From Nitrososphaeria archaeon (GTDB lineage: Archaea; Thermoproteota; Nitrososphaeria; Geothermarchaeales; JDFR-13), in contig JALWXN010000004.1 in NCBI GenBank assembly GCA_027078545.1, positions 544,001-608,000 of the forward strand: a stretch of DNA of 64,000 nucleotides. Direction: 5' to 3'. The notes under the pieces were generated by a model. That model was not told the DNA's origin. It worked only from the letters and a program-made list of their open reading frames with translations, and made no database searches. Positions 37,906 through 48,557 of the stretch are shown one piece after another. Position 1 is the stretch's first letter. Every line of letters starts with the position of its first letter. Made by a program: the position numbers and the translations under genes.

Positions 37906-38763
37906 ATGTATATAGCGCGGAATATCTGTTTAGGGTGGGGCGGTGAGATGGGTATCGGGACATGTCGTCACCTCTACATACTATTATCGGTCTTGATACT
38001 CATCTCTCCCCAGCATGTCTATGGGGTGAATCCCCAGCTATTCTATAAGAACATCCTCTTAGTCGATGTGGATCCAGGCTTTGAGGAGCTGCTTAGTGGG
38101 GCCATGCTCATCGAGACCAATGTGAAGAGCCTATCTGGTGGTCTGGATAGGCAGATGCTGATGGGTGTAGACGTTCTGATCCTGGGTAGTGGGGACGATG
38201 TTGATCCTGACCTCTTGATAGAGTGGTTCAACACTGGTGGTAAGGGATTAGTCATACTTGGCGCTAGTGGGATGGATCGGGTTCTGAGGGCGTTAGGGAG
38301 CTCCCTACGTGTCTATGCCTCTGGCCCGGAATGGGAGACCCTCGTATTTAGCCCGCCCGATGTACCTGACTATGAGTTTGACTCGGTTGTTGGCCACGTG
38401 TTCAACGTCTCTAGGCGGATGGAGATATCTATCCTTGATATTGGTAGGGAGGTGTATACCCTGGAATACTCCTCTGGCGGGACAGCCGTGGCGGTCGAGT
38501 ATATCCCTGTCTATAGCGACATATTCACATGGTATTACAGCAAGATCATGGCTCTGGGCTTCGGATCGGTTGGGCCTGGTCCGGCCGAGGATCTCTATCT
38601 CGAGCTCCTGAGCTGGCTGGTCTCAGTCCATCTACAGCCTAATCCTATCAGCCTAGGCCTAACCGTCTTCATAGGCGTCCTTATGGCGGCTGTCTACATC
38701 GGGATATACTGGGCCGGGCGTGGTAGATTTAAACAGGTGTTTAAAGACGGTTTATCCAGATAG
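37906..38763 (+). CDS. Hypothetical exported protein with C-terminal TM helix
   Basis: Signal-like N-terminus (start probably near 37948), DVLILG segment resembling 40793..41986, C-terminal TM. Confidence 0.55.
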   Translation: MYIARNICLGWGGEMGIGTCRHLYILLSVLILISPQHVYGVNPQLFYKNILLVDVDPGFEELLSGAMLIETNVKSLSGGLDRQMLMGVDVLILGSGDDVDPDLLIEWFNTGGKGLVILGASGMDRVLRALGSSLRVYASGPEWETLVFSPPDVPDYEFDSVVGHVFNVSRRMEISILDIGREVYTLEYSSGGTAVAVEYIPVYSDIFTWYYSKIMALGFGSVGPGPAEDLYLELLSWLVSVHLQPNPISLGLTVFIGVLMAAVYIGIYWAGRGRFKQVFKDGLSR

Positions 38764-38777
38764 CCCTGGATTTAATA

Positions 38778-40709
38778 GTGGTGGTCATCTTGCATAGGAG
38801 CCTATGGATAACCCTCCTCCTAGCAGTATTGTTCCTATCCCCAGTCCTACCAGTGGCTGGTCAGGAGTCGGTCATGGCTAGTGAGACCTATATCCCCTTC
38901 GTCCCCTACCGCGGAGTCCCCCAGAGCCAGATCCTCTATCCCCGTCTCATGACGCCTGTCTATATCCAGCCAGGCATGGAGATAGAGATATATACCCTCC
39001 TACCCGACGTGTCCGAGGTCTGGCTAGTCGACAACGTATATGGCACTATGATCCAGCTCGAGATCATTGATGGCCCTATACAGATCGTTGAGGACAGGTC
39101 TGAGTCGGCGGTGGAGACTTATTACCGCTACACTGTTGGTGGGCTTGGTGAGGACGCCCCGCCAAGTATCTATAACCTGGTTCTAAAGACTGGTGCTGGG
39201 GAGTCCTATGAGGAGATAAACGCCGTATTCATCCCCAATGAGATGCAGCTAGACCCCGTCATCAAGGTGGCTCATATCTCAGACGTCCACATCGGTGGCT
39301 ACGGTGGGCAGTACAAGTATGCCTACATGTATTTCGATAGGGCTCTCTACACGATCCAGGCGATGGGTGCTGACGTCATTGTGAATACGGGTGACTTCTT
39401 GGAGCAGCAGAAGAAGAGGGGGCTTGAACATATATACAATATGTTTGACCATCTAACGATCCCCGTAGTCAGTGCTATGGGAAATACGGACAATGTCTTT
39501 AACAATAGGGGGGACTACTACTGGGAGCGTGTGATGGGGCCAGACTTCGGTGTGGCGGTTCTACCAAATATGATCATTATACCGCTCAACTTTGAGACTG
39601 GAGATATATCTGTGGACTATGTCTATGAATGGCTAGCTAAGACTGTAGAGCACTACAGGAATCTAGGCTTTAGGTTTGTTGGGATTATGGGGCACTACCC
39701 ACACTGGGACATGTCAGTAGTCTCTCAGAGGTTAGTCGACAACTTTAGAGAGATAAATGAGCAGTACGGTATAGATATCGCATTTCACGGCCATGTACAC
39801 AGAGTTGAGAACGTACTTGTCAATACAACCGGGATATTCGCTGTCTCAAGCACCTCCACTGCATATGGAAAAGTGTTCAACGGCTTTAGATGGGTGGAGC
39901 TAAACGTTGAGACTGGGGAGATCAATGCAGACAAGAGTAACGTCGTGAATCTTGACGAGACCTATGTAGAGTATACATGGTTCAACGACTTCAAGAAGAG
40001 GGGGATGTCGGTAGAGATCAGGAATGGTGGTGGGGACGAGCTCATCCTCAGGCTACCGATAAACATCATGTATGCAGGTGAGCCCAGCATAACTACATCA
40101 GAGAGTGTCGAGGCCAGTCTTATAAGTAGCAAGACCGTCTCGATCGATGGTGGCGAGGGCCTAGCCCTGACGATAGAGGCTAGGATCGGGCCGGGAAGCG
40201 AGGGTGTATTGACCGTGGTCAGTGGCTCTGATGAGGAGCCACCAGTGGTCGTAGGGGAGCCCAAGCTGATAGGCTTCAAGCAGTACAACATCATAAACTT
40301 CAACGTGGATGACGACGCCTCGGGAGTGGCATCCATAGTTGTCCAGTACAAGACTGATGGGGAGTGGATCGATGCGGAGTGGGTTGAGAAGGATTCATGG
40401 CTATACCCAGCCGTACCTAGGGATCTTGAGAGCTTCACAGTGAAGATAATCCTTACTGACTACCTCGGAAACAGCGCTGAATACATATTCCAGTTCGGCG
40501 AGGAGCAGCCCAGTGAGGAGCCCGCCGATGAGACACCAGATACCGGTGCGGAGCAGCCTGAGGAACCGGCTACAGAGCAGCCTACAGAGACACCTCCCGA
40601 GGAGCCTGCGGAGGAGCCCAGCGAGGCGATGGATCTAACCCTCATGGTCATCATAGCAGCCCTCCTCGTCGCGGCTGTAGCCATATTCCTCCTCCTGAGG
40701 AGGCGTTAG
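38778..40709 (+). CDS. Cell-surface calcineurin-like metallophosphoesterase with C-terminal anchor
   Basis: Signal peptide; SDVH, TGD, GNTD, GHYP, GHVH; acidic linker, TM, RRR tail. Confidence 0.85.
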   Translation: MVVILHRSLWITLLLAVLFLSPVLPVAGQESVMASETYIPFVPYRGVPQSQILYPRLMTPVYIQPGMEIEIYTLLPDVSEVWLVDNVYGTMIQLEIIDGPIQIVEDRSESAVETYYRYTVGGLGEDAPPSIYNLVLKTGAGESYEEINAVFIPNEMQLDPVIKVAHISDVHIGGYGGQYKYAYMYFDRALYTIQAMGADVIVNTGDFLEQQKKRGLEHIYNMFDHLTIPVVSAMGNTDNVFNNRGDYYWERVMGPDFGVAVLPNMIIIPLNFETGDISVDYVYEWLAKTVEHYRNLGFRFVGIMGHYPHWDMSVVSQRLVDNFREINEQYGIDIAFHGHVHRVENVLVNTTGIFAVSSTSTAYGKVFNGFRWVELNVETGEINADKSNVVNLDETYVEYTWFNDFKKRGMSVEIRNGGGDELILRLPINIMYAGEPSITTSESVEASLISSKTVSIDGGEGLALTIEARIGPGSEGVLTVVSGSDEEPPVVVGEPKLIGFKQYNIINFNVDDDASGVASIVVQYKTDGEWIDAEWVEKDSWLYPAVPRDLESFTVKIILTDYLGNSAEYIFQFGEEQPSEEPADETPDTGAEQPEEPATEQPTETPPEEPAEEPSEAMDLTLMVIIAALLVAAVAIFLLLRRR

Positions 40710-40792
40710 GCCTCCTCAACCACGACTTCTTTTTACACGTATGTGTATAGTCGATTTATTACACATCCTCAAAATTGATGTAGTGATGTGAT

Positions 40793-41986
40793 ATGACCAG
40801 CCCGTCGAAGGCTTATCTCCCCGTCCTATCGCTATTCCTGATAGCGGCTCTGCTTCTATCGGCACCTCTACCGATAGCCTCTGGACAGCCCGCTAAAAAG
40901 GCTGGTATCGATCTTACACAGTTTACACTGCCGGACAGTAATGAGACGTTCTACCGTGTAATGGGTATGGAGAGAGAGGATGCACAGACAGCTCTACAGC
41001 AGATGCAGCAGCTCCTCGAGCAGATGGGGTTTGAAGTAGTTCTACTAGAGGAGATTACATATGAGAATATCCAGGATCTAGACGTCCTTATACTGGGTAA
41101 GATCGATAGGCCGGAGTTCGGCTACTCTGATGAGGAGGTTAACGCGATCGCCACCTGGTTCCTAGAGGGTGGTAAGTTCCTATGGGTATCTGCGGATAGT
41201 GACTATACGGAGCCATACCTAGACCCCAACGACATCACATTCAAGGCTGCTGAGCCCAACAAGATCCTAGAGGCGATCGGCAGCACTATCAGGGCTGACT
41301 ACATGTCTGTAGAGGATCCAGAGAATAACGCTGGCGCTCCATACAGGGTTGTAGCCAACAGAACTGTTGGAGGCATAAACGACCACGAGGTGACGGAGAA
41401 TGTTGATAGGCTACTTGTACACGGACCAACAGGTCTGGCTGGGTTCATCGATGGTGAGTGGGTAGACTTCGAGACTCTTTTAGAGAGGGATCCAACAGTT
41501 ACGTGGCTGGCTAGGACTGGTCCAAACGGCACGGTTCTCAGCCATGATGGTGTACCACCTAATGCCTATGAGGTTGGATTCACAGGTAGGCTCTACCTAG
41601 TCGCCATACAGATGATACCCACAGATTCTGGTAAGTATAGTAAGGTGCTTGTTAGCGGTGATAGTCCTATAGGTAGTTACAATATGTTCAAGGATGAATA
41701 CAAAGGTGTATCTCTAGACGGAATAACATTCTTCCAGAATGTTATAGAGTGGGGTACTACTGTGGAGATGGTTGAGCAGGAGCCTGAGGAGCAGCCACCA
41801 GAGGATACTACTGGAGAGGAGCCTACAGATGAGGAGGTGCCTAGAGAGGAGCCGCAGCAGGACACTGGTGAGGAGCCTGCTGGTGAGGAGGGGGCTACCG
41901 ACAATACCATGATGTGGATAGCTGCCATAGCAGTAATACTGGTTATCCTGGCGGCCGTCGCCTTCGCATTCATGAAGAAGTCATGA
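40793..41986 (+). CDS. Cell-surface protein (GATase-like/DUF4350-like fold suspected) with C-terminal anchor
   Basis: Signal peptide; DVLILG..AIATWFLEGGKFLWVSADSD; acidic linker, TM, KKS tail. Confidence 0.6.
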   Translation: MTSPSKAYLPVLSLFLIAALLLSAPLPIASGQPAKKAGIDLTQFTLPDSNETFYRVMGMEREDAQTALQQMQQLLEQMGFEVVLLEEITYENIQDLDVLILGKIDRPEFGYSDEEVNAIATWFLEGGKFLWVSADSDYTEPYLDPNDITFKAAEPNKILEAIGSTIRADYMSVEDPENNAGAPYRVVANRTVGGINDHEVTENVDRLLVHGPTGLAGFIDGEWVDFETLLERDPTVTWLARTGPNGTVLSHDGVPPNAYEVGFTGRLYLVAIQMIPTDSGKYSKVLVSGDSPIGSYNMFKDEYKGVSLDGITFFQNVIEWGTTVEMVEQEPEEQPPEDTTGEEPTDEEVPREEPQQDTGEEPAGEEGATDNTMMWIAAIAVILVILAAVAFAFMKKS

Positions 41987-42036
41987 TCCAATGGGGGTTT
42001 ATCACCCCCATCCACCTATTTTTTCCCACATAGGGT

Positions 42037-43482
42037 GTGTCCCAGATGACTCCTAGAAGTGGTTTATCCAAGCTATGGATAGCCGTGGCTGCCATAATCA
42101 TCATAGGGATAATCCTATACGCCGCCCTCCAGCTCCCCATGGAGGGTGGCGATACTGGGCCTGTTGAGGAGCCTGTGGAGGAGGGTGGTGAGGGCATAGT
42201 CCTCAAGGTCATCACACGCCACCCATCCACGATCTGGGTGCTGACCAAGAACAAGTTTCTGAAGAGTGATATCGCCAAGGAGTATAACATAGTCGATATC
42301 AAGTTCCTAGGACCCAACCCGGTACTCTGGATGGATACTATCGAGGGCCAGGGGGATATCGATGTGGCGTGGGGAGGCGGCCCCACGATATTCGACCTCC
42401 TCCTCAGGGAGGGGTATCTAGCCCCTCTGGAGGAGCCTGAGACCCTGGAGGTCGTGGAGGAGATACGTGACGATATCGGTGGTAGTCCACTCAAGAGGAT
42501 CGTCGATGGTAAGATCTACTGGGTGGCCGCGGCCATATCTAGCTTCGGCTTCATAGTCAATAGCCACGTTATCCAGCAGTATGGCCTCGAGCCCCCTGAG
42601 AAGTGGGAGGATCTCGGGAGTATAGAGTTTGCCAAGCTCCTCCCCAAGCCGATGGTCGCCTATGCCAGGCCCACCACATCAACGAGCCATACGAGGATCT
42701 ACCAGATCATCCTACAGAAGTTCGGCTGGGAACAGGGATGGGTAGTCATAACGAGGATGGCGGCTAACGGTAGGCCGTACGACGGGAGTGTGGAAGCCCT
42801 CTCAGCGGTTGAGGCTGGTGAGGTGGCTGTATCCATAGGTATAGACTTTTATGGCTATACAGCCCAGCTGGAGTATCCAGGCCTATACTATGTCCTCCCA
42901 TATAACGAGTCCATAATTAATGGCGACCCCATAGCCAAGCTCACAACATCAAAGAATCCTGAGGCGGCGGAGGCCTTCATCAGATGGGTCCTTAGCGTCG
43001 AGGGCCAGAAGATATGGCTGGATAGTAGAATAAACAGGATGCCTGTTAGGGAGGACGTCTTCAAGACGCCAGAGGGTAGGGAGAGGCCCGACCTATACAA
43101 GAGCTATAACGAGACGATCAACAATATAGGTATACCCTTCAACGACACGCTGGCGCTGCAGATAGAGTTCGCGATGAGGTACTACTTCGACGCGGTGCTT
43201 GCCGATGTACATTCAGACCTTGTGAGGGCTTGGAAGGCCATCGTGGATGCCTATTTAGAGGGTAGGATATCCGAGGAGGAGTTCAACTACTGGGTCTACG
43301 AGCTTGGTAAGCCACTCTCATGGGAGGAGGATGGCCAGGTCTACACCTTCACACTGGAGTTCGCCATATCGATCAACGACCTGCTGAGGACTGATCAGGA
43401 GGCGATAGCGAAGTATAGCAGGATATGGAGGGACGCCGCTAGGGAGAGGTATAACAATATCTACAATGCCCTACAAGGTTGA
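42037..43482 (+). CDS. ABC substrate-binding protein (Fe3+/thiamin/phosphorylated-solute class)
   Basis: ITRH, DVAWGGG, PEKWEDL, PTTSTS, IGIDFYG, NGDPIA. Confidence 0.8.
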   Translation: MSQMTPRSGLSKLWIAVAAIIIIGIILYAALQLPMEGGDTGPVEEPVEEGGEGIVLKVITRHPSTIWVLTKNKFLKSDIAKEYNIVDIKFLGPNPVLWMDTIEGQGDIDVAWGGGPTIFDLLLREGYLAPLEEPETLEVVEEIRDDIGGSPLKRIVDGKIYWVAAAISSFGFIVNSHVIQQYGLEPPEKWEDLGSIEFAKLLPKPMVAYARPTTSTSHTRIYQIILQKFGWEQGWVVITRMAANGRPYDGSVEALSAVEAGEVAVSIGIDFYGYTAQLEYPGLYYVLPYNESIINGDPIAKLTTSKNPEAAEAFIRWVLSVEGQKIWLDSRINRMPVREDVFKTPEGRERPDLYKSYNETINNIGIPFNDTLALQIEFAMRYYFDAVLADVHSDLVRAWKAIVDAYLEGRISEEEFNYWVYELGKPLSWEEDGQVYTFTLEFAISINDLLRTDQEAIAKYSRIWRDAARERYNNIYNALQG

Positions 43483-45329
43483 TCAGGTTGTCGATAGGTG
43501 GGGAGGGCCTCTCAAGGCTGATAAGAGAGCTTAGGTGGCGGATGGATCCACTGAACTGGGTCCAGCTAGCCTCCATCCTCATACTTTTTACCCTCTTCCT
43601 CATCCTCCCGATATTCTCGATTATCGTGAATGCATTCCTATATGGAGGCGCCCCATCCCTGGCATGGTTCGAGAAGATACTATCCGACCCATACTACATG
43701 CCATGGGGAGGGGTTGATCTAAGCTTCTACGAGGTTATTGAGAGCACCCTTCCAGACGGGTCTAGGAGGGTGATCATATATATCGATGGCTTCGACCTAG
43801 GGGTAATACCCAACAGCTTTATGGTGGCTACACTCACCACGATATTCTCCTCGATAATCGGGTTTACACTAGCCTTCCTATTCGCTAGGTATAGGTTCCC
43901 CTTCTCAGAGCCACTCAGGATACTGATGCTTACACCCCTACTATCAACCCCCTTCGTAGGAGCCATAGGTATTAAGAAGATGATCTCGCCCGATGGCTTC
44001 GTAAACACGGTCCTGGTCGACATCATCCCGATACTCCCATTCAGGATCGAAATAACCGGGTTGGCGGCCGTCATTATGGTGCAGACCCTACTCTTCTACC
44101 CAATAGTCTTCCTAAACGTCTACACAGCTCTACTAAACATCGATCCTAGCCAGGAGGAGCAGGCTGAGAACCTGGGTGCGAAGGGCTTCTACCTCTTCCG
44201 CACAGTCACGCTCCCCTTGGCGCTTCCCGGCCTGGAGGCTGGTGCCCTCCTAGTCTTCATCCTTAGCATAGAGGATCTGGGTACACCCCTGGTGTTCAGG
44301 GGTACAAATGCGGATAAGCTGATGACGGTGGCTATCTTCAGGAGGCTCTTCGCACCTACAGGGGATATCCAGGGGGAGGCCACGGCGCTCTCATTCATAC
44401 TACTCGTGATCAGCCTGGGTGTCTTCCTCGCTGTGAGGAGGTATATAAGTCTTAGGAGGTATGCGATGCTGGGTAAGGGGGGTATATGGAGGCGTAGACT
44501 GGGCTCCATCCCAGCCCCGATACTCCCAGCCATATACATAGGCCTAATACTCTTCCTCTTCATAGCCCTCCTCCCACATATCGGGGTGACCCTCATGGCC
44601 TTCGCCCAGGACTGGCCGGTCGGGAGTATACTGCCCAGCGGCTACACCCTGAGGAACTTCGAGGCCCTCTTCATGGATCCCGGGGTGAGTAGGAACATTT
44701 TCAACAGCCTCGTCTACAGCGTCGTAGCAATGATCCTGATTACAATCATCGGTGTCAGCTCCGCCTACATAGTCAGTAGGATTAGGGTCCCGGGTATAGA
44801 CCTGCTCGACGCACTGGTAACCATGCCTATAGCTATCCCCGGTATAATCGTGGCGACGGGGTACTTCCTAACGTTCCTGGGCACCCCTCTAAACCCAATC
44901 GAGTGGGGGGCACCCCTACTCATAGCGGCATATACGGTTAGGAAGTTCCCCTTCGGTGTTAGGACATTCTTCGCGGGTCTGGAGCAGGTGGATAAGGCGT
45001 TGGAGGAGGCGGCGATAAACGTCGGGGCCTCAAGGACACGGGTCTTCTTCACGATAACGATCCCACTGATACTGATGAATATACTTGCTGGCTCGATGCT
45101 GGCCTTCATCTACTCCATGTCTGAGGTGAGTACTAGCATAGTCGTGGGTGACGCGAATCACAACGACGCCCCCATGACCTGGAAGATGTATGACATTATG
45201 TTCAAGGGCTTCGGAGGGACGTTCCAGGCAGCCGCTATGGGCTTCATCCTAATGTCCCTACAATTCCTTATGATTCTCGGGAGCAACCTTATTCTTAGGC
45301 GTAGGGCCACCGCCCTTATAAGCCTGTAG
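43479..45329 (+). CDS. ABC permease with duplicated FbpB/ThiP-type domains
   Basis: Two EAA loops (EEQAENLGA, EEAAINVGA). Confidence 0.88.
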   Translation: MIRLSIGGEGLSRLIRELRWRMDPLNWVQLASILILFTLFLILPIFSIIVNAFLYGGAPSLAWFEKILSDPYYMPWGGVDLSFYEVIESTLPDGSRRVIIYIDGFDLGVIPNSFMVATLTTIFSSIIGFTLAFLFARYRFPFSEPLRILMLTPLLSTPFVGAIGIKKMISPDGFVNTVLVDIIPILPFRIEITGLAAVIMVQTLLFYPIVFLNVYTALLNIDPSQEEQAENLGAKGFYLFRTVTLPLALPGLEAGALLVFILSIEDLGTPLVFRGTNADKLMTVAIFRRLFAPTGDIQGEATALSFILLVISLGVFLAVRRYISLRRYAMLGKGGIWRRRLGSIPAPILPAIYIGLILFLFIALLPHIGVTLMAFAQDWPVGSILPSGYTLRNFEALFMDPGVSRNIFNSLVYSVVAMILITIIGVSSAYIVSRIRVPGIDLLDALVTMPIAIPGIIVATGYFLTFLGTPLNPIEWGAPLLIAAYTVRKFPFGVRTFFAGLEQVDKALEEAAINVGASRTRVFFTITIPLILMNILAGSMLAFIYSMSEVSTSIVVGDANHNDAPMTWKMYDIMFKGFGGTFQAAAMGFILMSLQFLMILGSNLILRRRATALISL

Positions 45330-45331
45330 AG

Positions 45332-46408
45332 GTGCCGTGTATGGTATCGATAAGGGCTGTAGACGTGACGAAGAGGTTTGGACAGGTAGTGGCTCTCGAC
45401 CAAGTGAACCTGGAGATTAGGCAGGGGGAGTTCTTCACACTACTCGGGCCGAGTGGGTGTGGGAAGACCACATTCCTCAGGACCATAGCGGGGTTCGAGC
45501 TGGTAGATGAGGGCCGTATATACTTCGACGAGGAGGACGTCACCTATGTCCCTCCCCATAAGCGTGACACTGGGATGGTGTTTCAGAACTATGCCCTGTG
45601 GCCCCACATGACTGTGTATGACAATATTGCCTATGGACTGAGGGTTAGGAAGCTCCCAAAGGAGGAGATTGATAGGCGTGTGAAGTGGGCGTTGAAGCTA
45701 GTACATATGGAGGGGTTTGAGAGGCGGAGGCCCCACCAGCTAAGCGGCGGGCAGCAGCAGAGGGTGGCCCTGGCCAGGGCGCTGGTCATCCATCCCAGGG
45801 TACTACTCCTCGACGAGCCCCTCTCAAACCTCGATGCAAAGCTCAGGATAGAGATGAGGAGTGAGATTAGGCGGCTGCAGAGGGAGCTGGGGATAACGAC
45901 TATCTATGTAACCCATGACCAGGAGGAGGCCCTAGCCATATCGGACAGGATAGCGGTGATGAGCGGTGGGAGGGTGATGCAGGTGGGGCCGCCGGAGGAG
46001 ATATATCTACGCCCAGCCAACAGGTTCGTCGCAGACTTCATAGGGAGGGGGACGTTCCTAGAGGGCCGGGTCCTGGAGACTGATCATGAGCTGGTGATCG
46101 AGCTGGAGTCGGGCCTAGGCACTGTAAAGGGTGTCCCATCTAGGAGCGATAGGAAGATCTCGGTGGGTGAGAGGGTACTGGTGGCTATCAGGCCAGAGTC
46201 ATTCACAGTCACCGGGTCGGAGGGCTATAACACCTTTGACGTAGTCGTCAGGAACATAAGCTTCGTGGGGAGTGTGAAGAGGGTGGAGGCGGAGGCTGGT
46301 GAGAAGCTCTTCATAATAGACCTCCCCGTGGAGTACGACGTCTCTATAGGCGGATCGCTAAGGGTCTACGTAAAGCCGTCGAGGACTATCGTGATCCCAC
46401 TAGAATAA
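45332..46408 (+). CDS. ABC ATPase (FbpC/PotA-like)
   Basis: GPSGCGKT, LSGGQQQR, DEPLSNLD. Confidence 0.9.
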   Translation: MPCMVSIRAVDVTKRFGQVVALDQVNLEIRQGEFFTLLGPSGCGKTTFLRTIAGFELVDEGRIYFDEEDVTYVPPHKRDTGMVFQNYALWPHMTVYDNIAYGLRVRKLPKEEIDRRVKWALKLVHMEGFERRRPHQLSGGQQQRVALARALVIHPRVLLLDEPLSNLDAKLRIEMRSEIRRLQRELGITTIYVTHDQEEALAISDRIAVMSGGRVMQVGPPEEIYLRPANRFVADFIGRGTFLEGRVLETDHELVIELESGLGTVKGVPSRSDRKISVGERVLVAIRPESFTVTGSEGYNTFDVVVRNISFVGSVKRVEAEAGEKLFIIDLPVEYDVSIGGSLRVYVKPSRTIVIPLE

Positions 46409-46486
46409 TCGACTCCTTATATATCTACACACTGGAATCCTATGTATAACTAATTATCGCCATAGCCATGGCAGAGGTGGATAGCT

Positions 46487-48538
46487 GTGAATATATGGGA
46501 GATATATTCATTGCTGGGTGGGCTGGCTGCTATAGGTACAGCCGTCTATATGGCCCTCTACATAGCTAGGTACAAGGTCGACGACGAGTCTATGCTCCCG
46601 ATATATGAGGCTATTAGGGAGGGTGCGAGGGCATTCCTCAAGAGGCAGTACAAGACGATAACCTACATAGCAGTAATCATAACGATAGCGCTATACCTGG
46701 CCTTCGACCTACGCGACTTCGGGGGTACGCCATACATAAGCATGGGCTTCGTACTGGGGGCGCTGGCCAGCCTACTAGCCGGATGGATAAGCATGGACGT
46801 AGCTACCCTGGCCAATGTGAGGGCTGCATATGCAGCTAAGAAGGATGTTAGGGAGACGTTGAAGATAGCCTTCTATGGAGGCATGGTGATGGGACTATTC
46901 AACGTTGGGCTGAGCCTCCTGGGAGTACTGGCTCTATACATACTCTTCAATAGGGATCCACTCCTAATAGTGGGCTTCGGCTTCGGGGCCAGCCTAGCGG
47001 CGCTATTCGCCCAGCTAGGTGGAGGTATCTATACCAAGGCGGCTGATATAGGGGCTGACCTCGTGGGTAAGGTTGAGGCTGGGATACCTGAGGATGATCC
47101 GCGTAACCCAGCTGTGATCGCCGACAATGTAGGTGACAATGTGGGTGACGTGGCTGGTAGGGGTGCAGACCTCTTCGAGTCCATGTCGGCGGAGAACATC
47201 GGCGCGATGATAATAGGTATAGCCCTCTCCCTCATAACTGGGGACGCCATATTCATAATCTTCCCACTACTGGCCAGGGCCACAGGTATATTCGCCACCC
47301 TACTAGGTACACTATTCGTCAGGGGAGACCCCTCGAAGAACCCGTTCATACCGCTCAGGAACGGTATGGTCGCCACCACGATCTTCGCCCTTATAGGCTT
47401 CTACTTCCTCATAATGGAGACCCTCGGTAGTATAGAGCTATACTTCGCATCCCTTGTGGGTGTAGTCCTGAGCGTGGCTACACTCGTCATAACCGACTAC
47501 TACACCGGGTATGACAAGAGGCCGGTCCGCCAGATTGCCGAGGCTAGCCAGACGGGGCCTGCAACCAATATACTCATGGGCTTCGCCGTCGGCCTCGAGT
47601 CCACAGCCCTCCCAGTGATCTCGGTGGCTATAGCGCTATTCATATCCTTCGTCCTCGGCCAGAGCTTCGCAGCCACGATAGGTGTAGACCCATTCATAGG
47701 GGGAGTATATGGCACGGCGGTAGCGACAATGGGTATGCTCAGCGTAGCCGGTATGGTTCTAGGCCTAGACGGCTTCGGACCAATAGTGGACAACGCCGGC
47801 GGAATAGTCGAGATGAGTAACCAGCCTGAGGAGGTTAGAGAGGTGATCGACAAGTTCGACGCTGTGGGCAACACCACCAAGGCCTTGACAAAGGGCTATG
47901 CCATGGGCTCCGCAGGCCTAGCAGCACTACTACTCTTCCAGGCATATCTCGACATAGTCAAGATACACGACCTAAACCTCCTCTCGATCGACAACCTGAT
48001 CGGTGTCTTCATAGGAGCACTACTACCATTCATATTCAGCGCCTTCGCCATCAAGGCCGTCTCCGAGGCCGCCAAGACCATGATCGAGGAGGTTAGGAGG
48101 CAGTTTAGGGAGATCCCAGGTATACTGGAGGGTAAGGCTAAGCCGGACTATGCCAGGTGTGTAGAGATAAGTACCCTAGCCGCCCAGAAGAACATGGTCA
48201 TACCCGCACTAGTACCAGTACTTGGCCCCCTGATACTCGGATTCATCTTCGGGGCGGACGCGGTGGGCGCCCTAAACATCGGGGCCACGATAACAGGCTT
48301 CGTACTAGCCATGCTGATGAACACTGGCGGCGCTGCGTGGGACAATGCTAAGAAGCTTATTGAGATGGGGCTCTTCGGTGGGAAGGGTAGTGAGGCTCAC
48401 AAGGCTGCCGTGGTCGGCGACACTGTTGGAGACCCGATGAAGGACACTGCTGGTCCATCTCTACACATACTGATAAAGCTGGTCAACACCTTCAGCCTAG
48501 TCTTCGGCCCACTCTTCCTCGTCTACTTCCTCTACTGA
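46487..48538 (+). CDS. hppA: Membrane-integral pyrophosphatase, predicted K+-independent H+-pumping type
   Basis: GGIYTKAADIGADLVGKVE, DNVGDNVGD, GNTTKA (Lys marks K+ independence), GDTVGDPMKD. Confidence 0.96.
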   Translation: MNIWEIYSLLGGLAAIGTAVYMALYIARYKVDDESMLPIYEAIREGARAFLKRQYKTITYIAVIITIALYLAFDLRDFGGTPYISMGFVLGALASLLAGWISMDVATLANVRAAYAAKKDVRETLKIAFYGGMVMGLFNVGLSLLGVLALYILFNRDPLLIVGFGFGASLAALFAQLGGGIYTKAADIGADLVGKVEAGIPEDDPRNPAVIADNVGDNVGDVAGRGADLFESMSAENIGAMIIGIALSLITGDAIFIIFPLLARATGIFATLLGTLFVRGDPSKNPFIPLRNGMVATTIFALIGFYFLIMETLGSIELYFASLVGVVLSVATLVITDYYTGYDKRPVRQIAEASQTGPATNILMGFAVGLESTALPVISVAIALFISFVLGQSFAATIGVDPFIGGVYGTAVATMGMLSVAGMVLGLDGFGPIVDNAGGIVEMSNQPEEVREVIDKFDAVGNTTKALTKGYAMGSAGLAALLLFQAYLDIVKIHDLNLLSIDNLIGVFIGALLPFIFSAFAIKAVSEAAKTMIEEVRRQFREIPGILEGKAKPDYARCVEISTLAAQKNMVIPALVPVLGPLILGFIFGADAVGALNIGATITGFVLAMLMNTGGAAWDNAKKLIEMGLFGGKGSEAHKAAVVGDTVGDPMKDTAGPSLHILIKLVNTFSLVFGPLFLVYFLY

Positions 48539-48557
48539 CCCTTCCCCCTATTTATTC

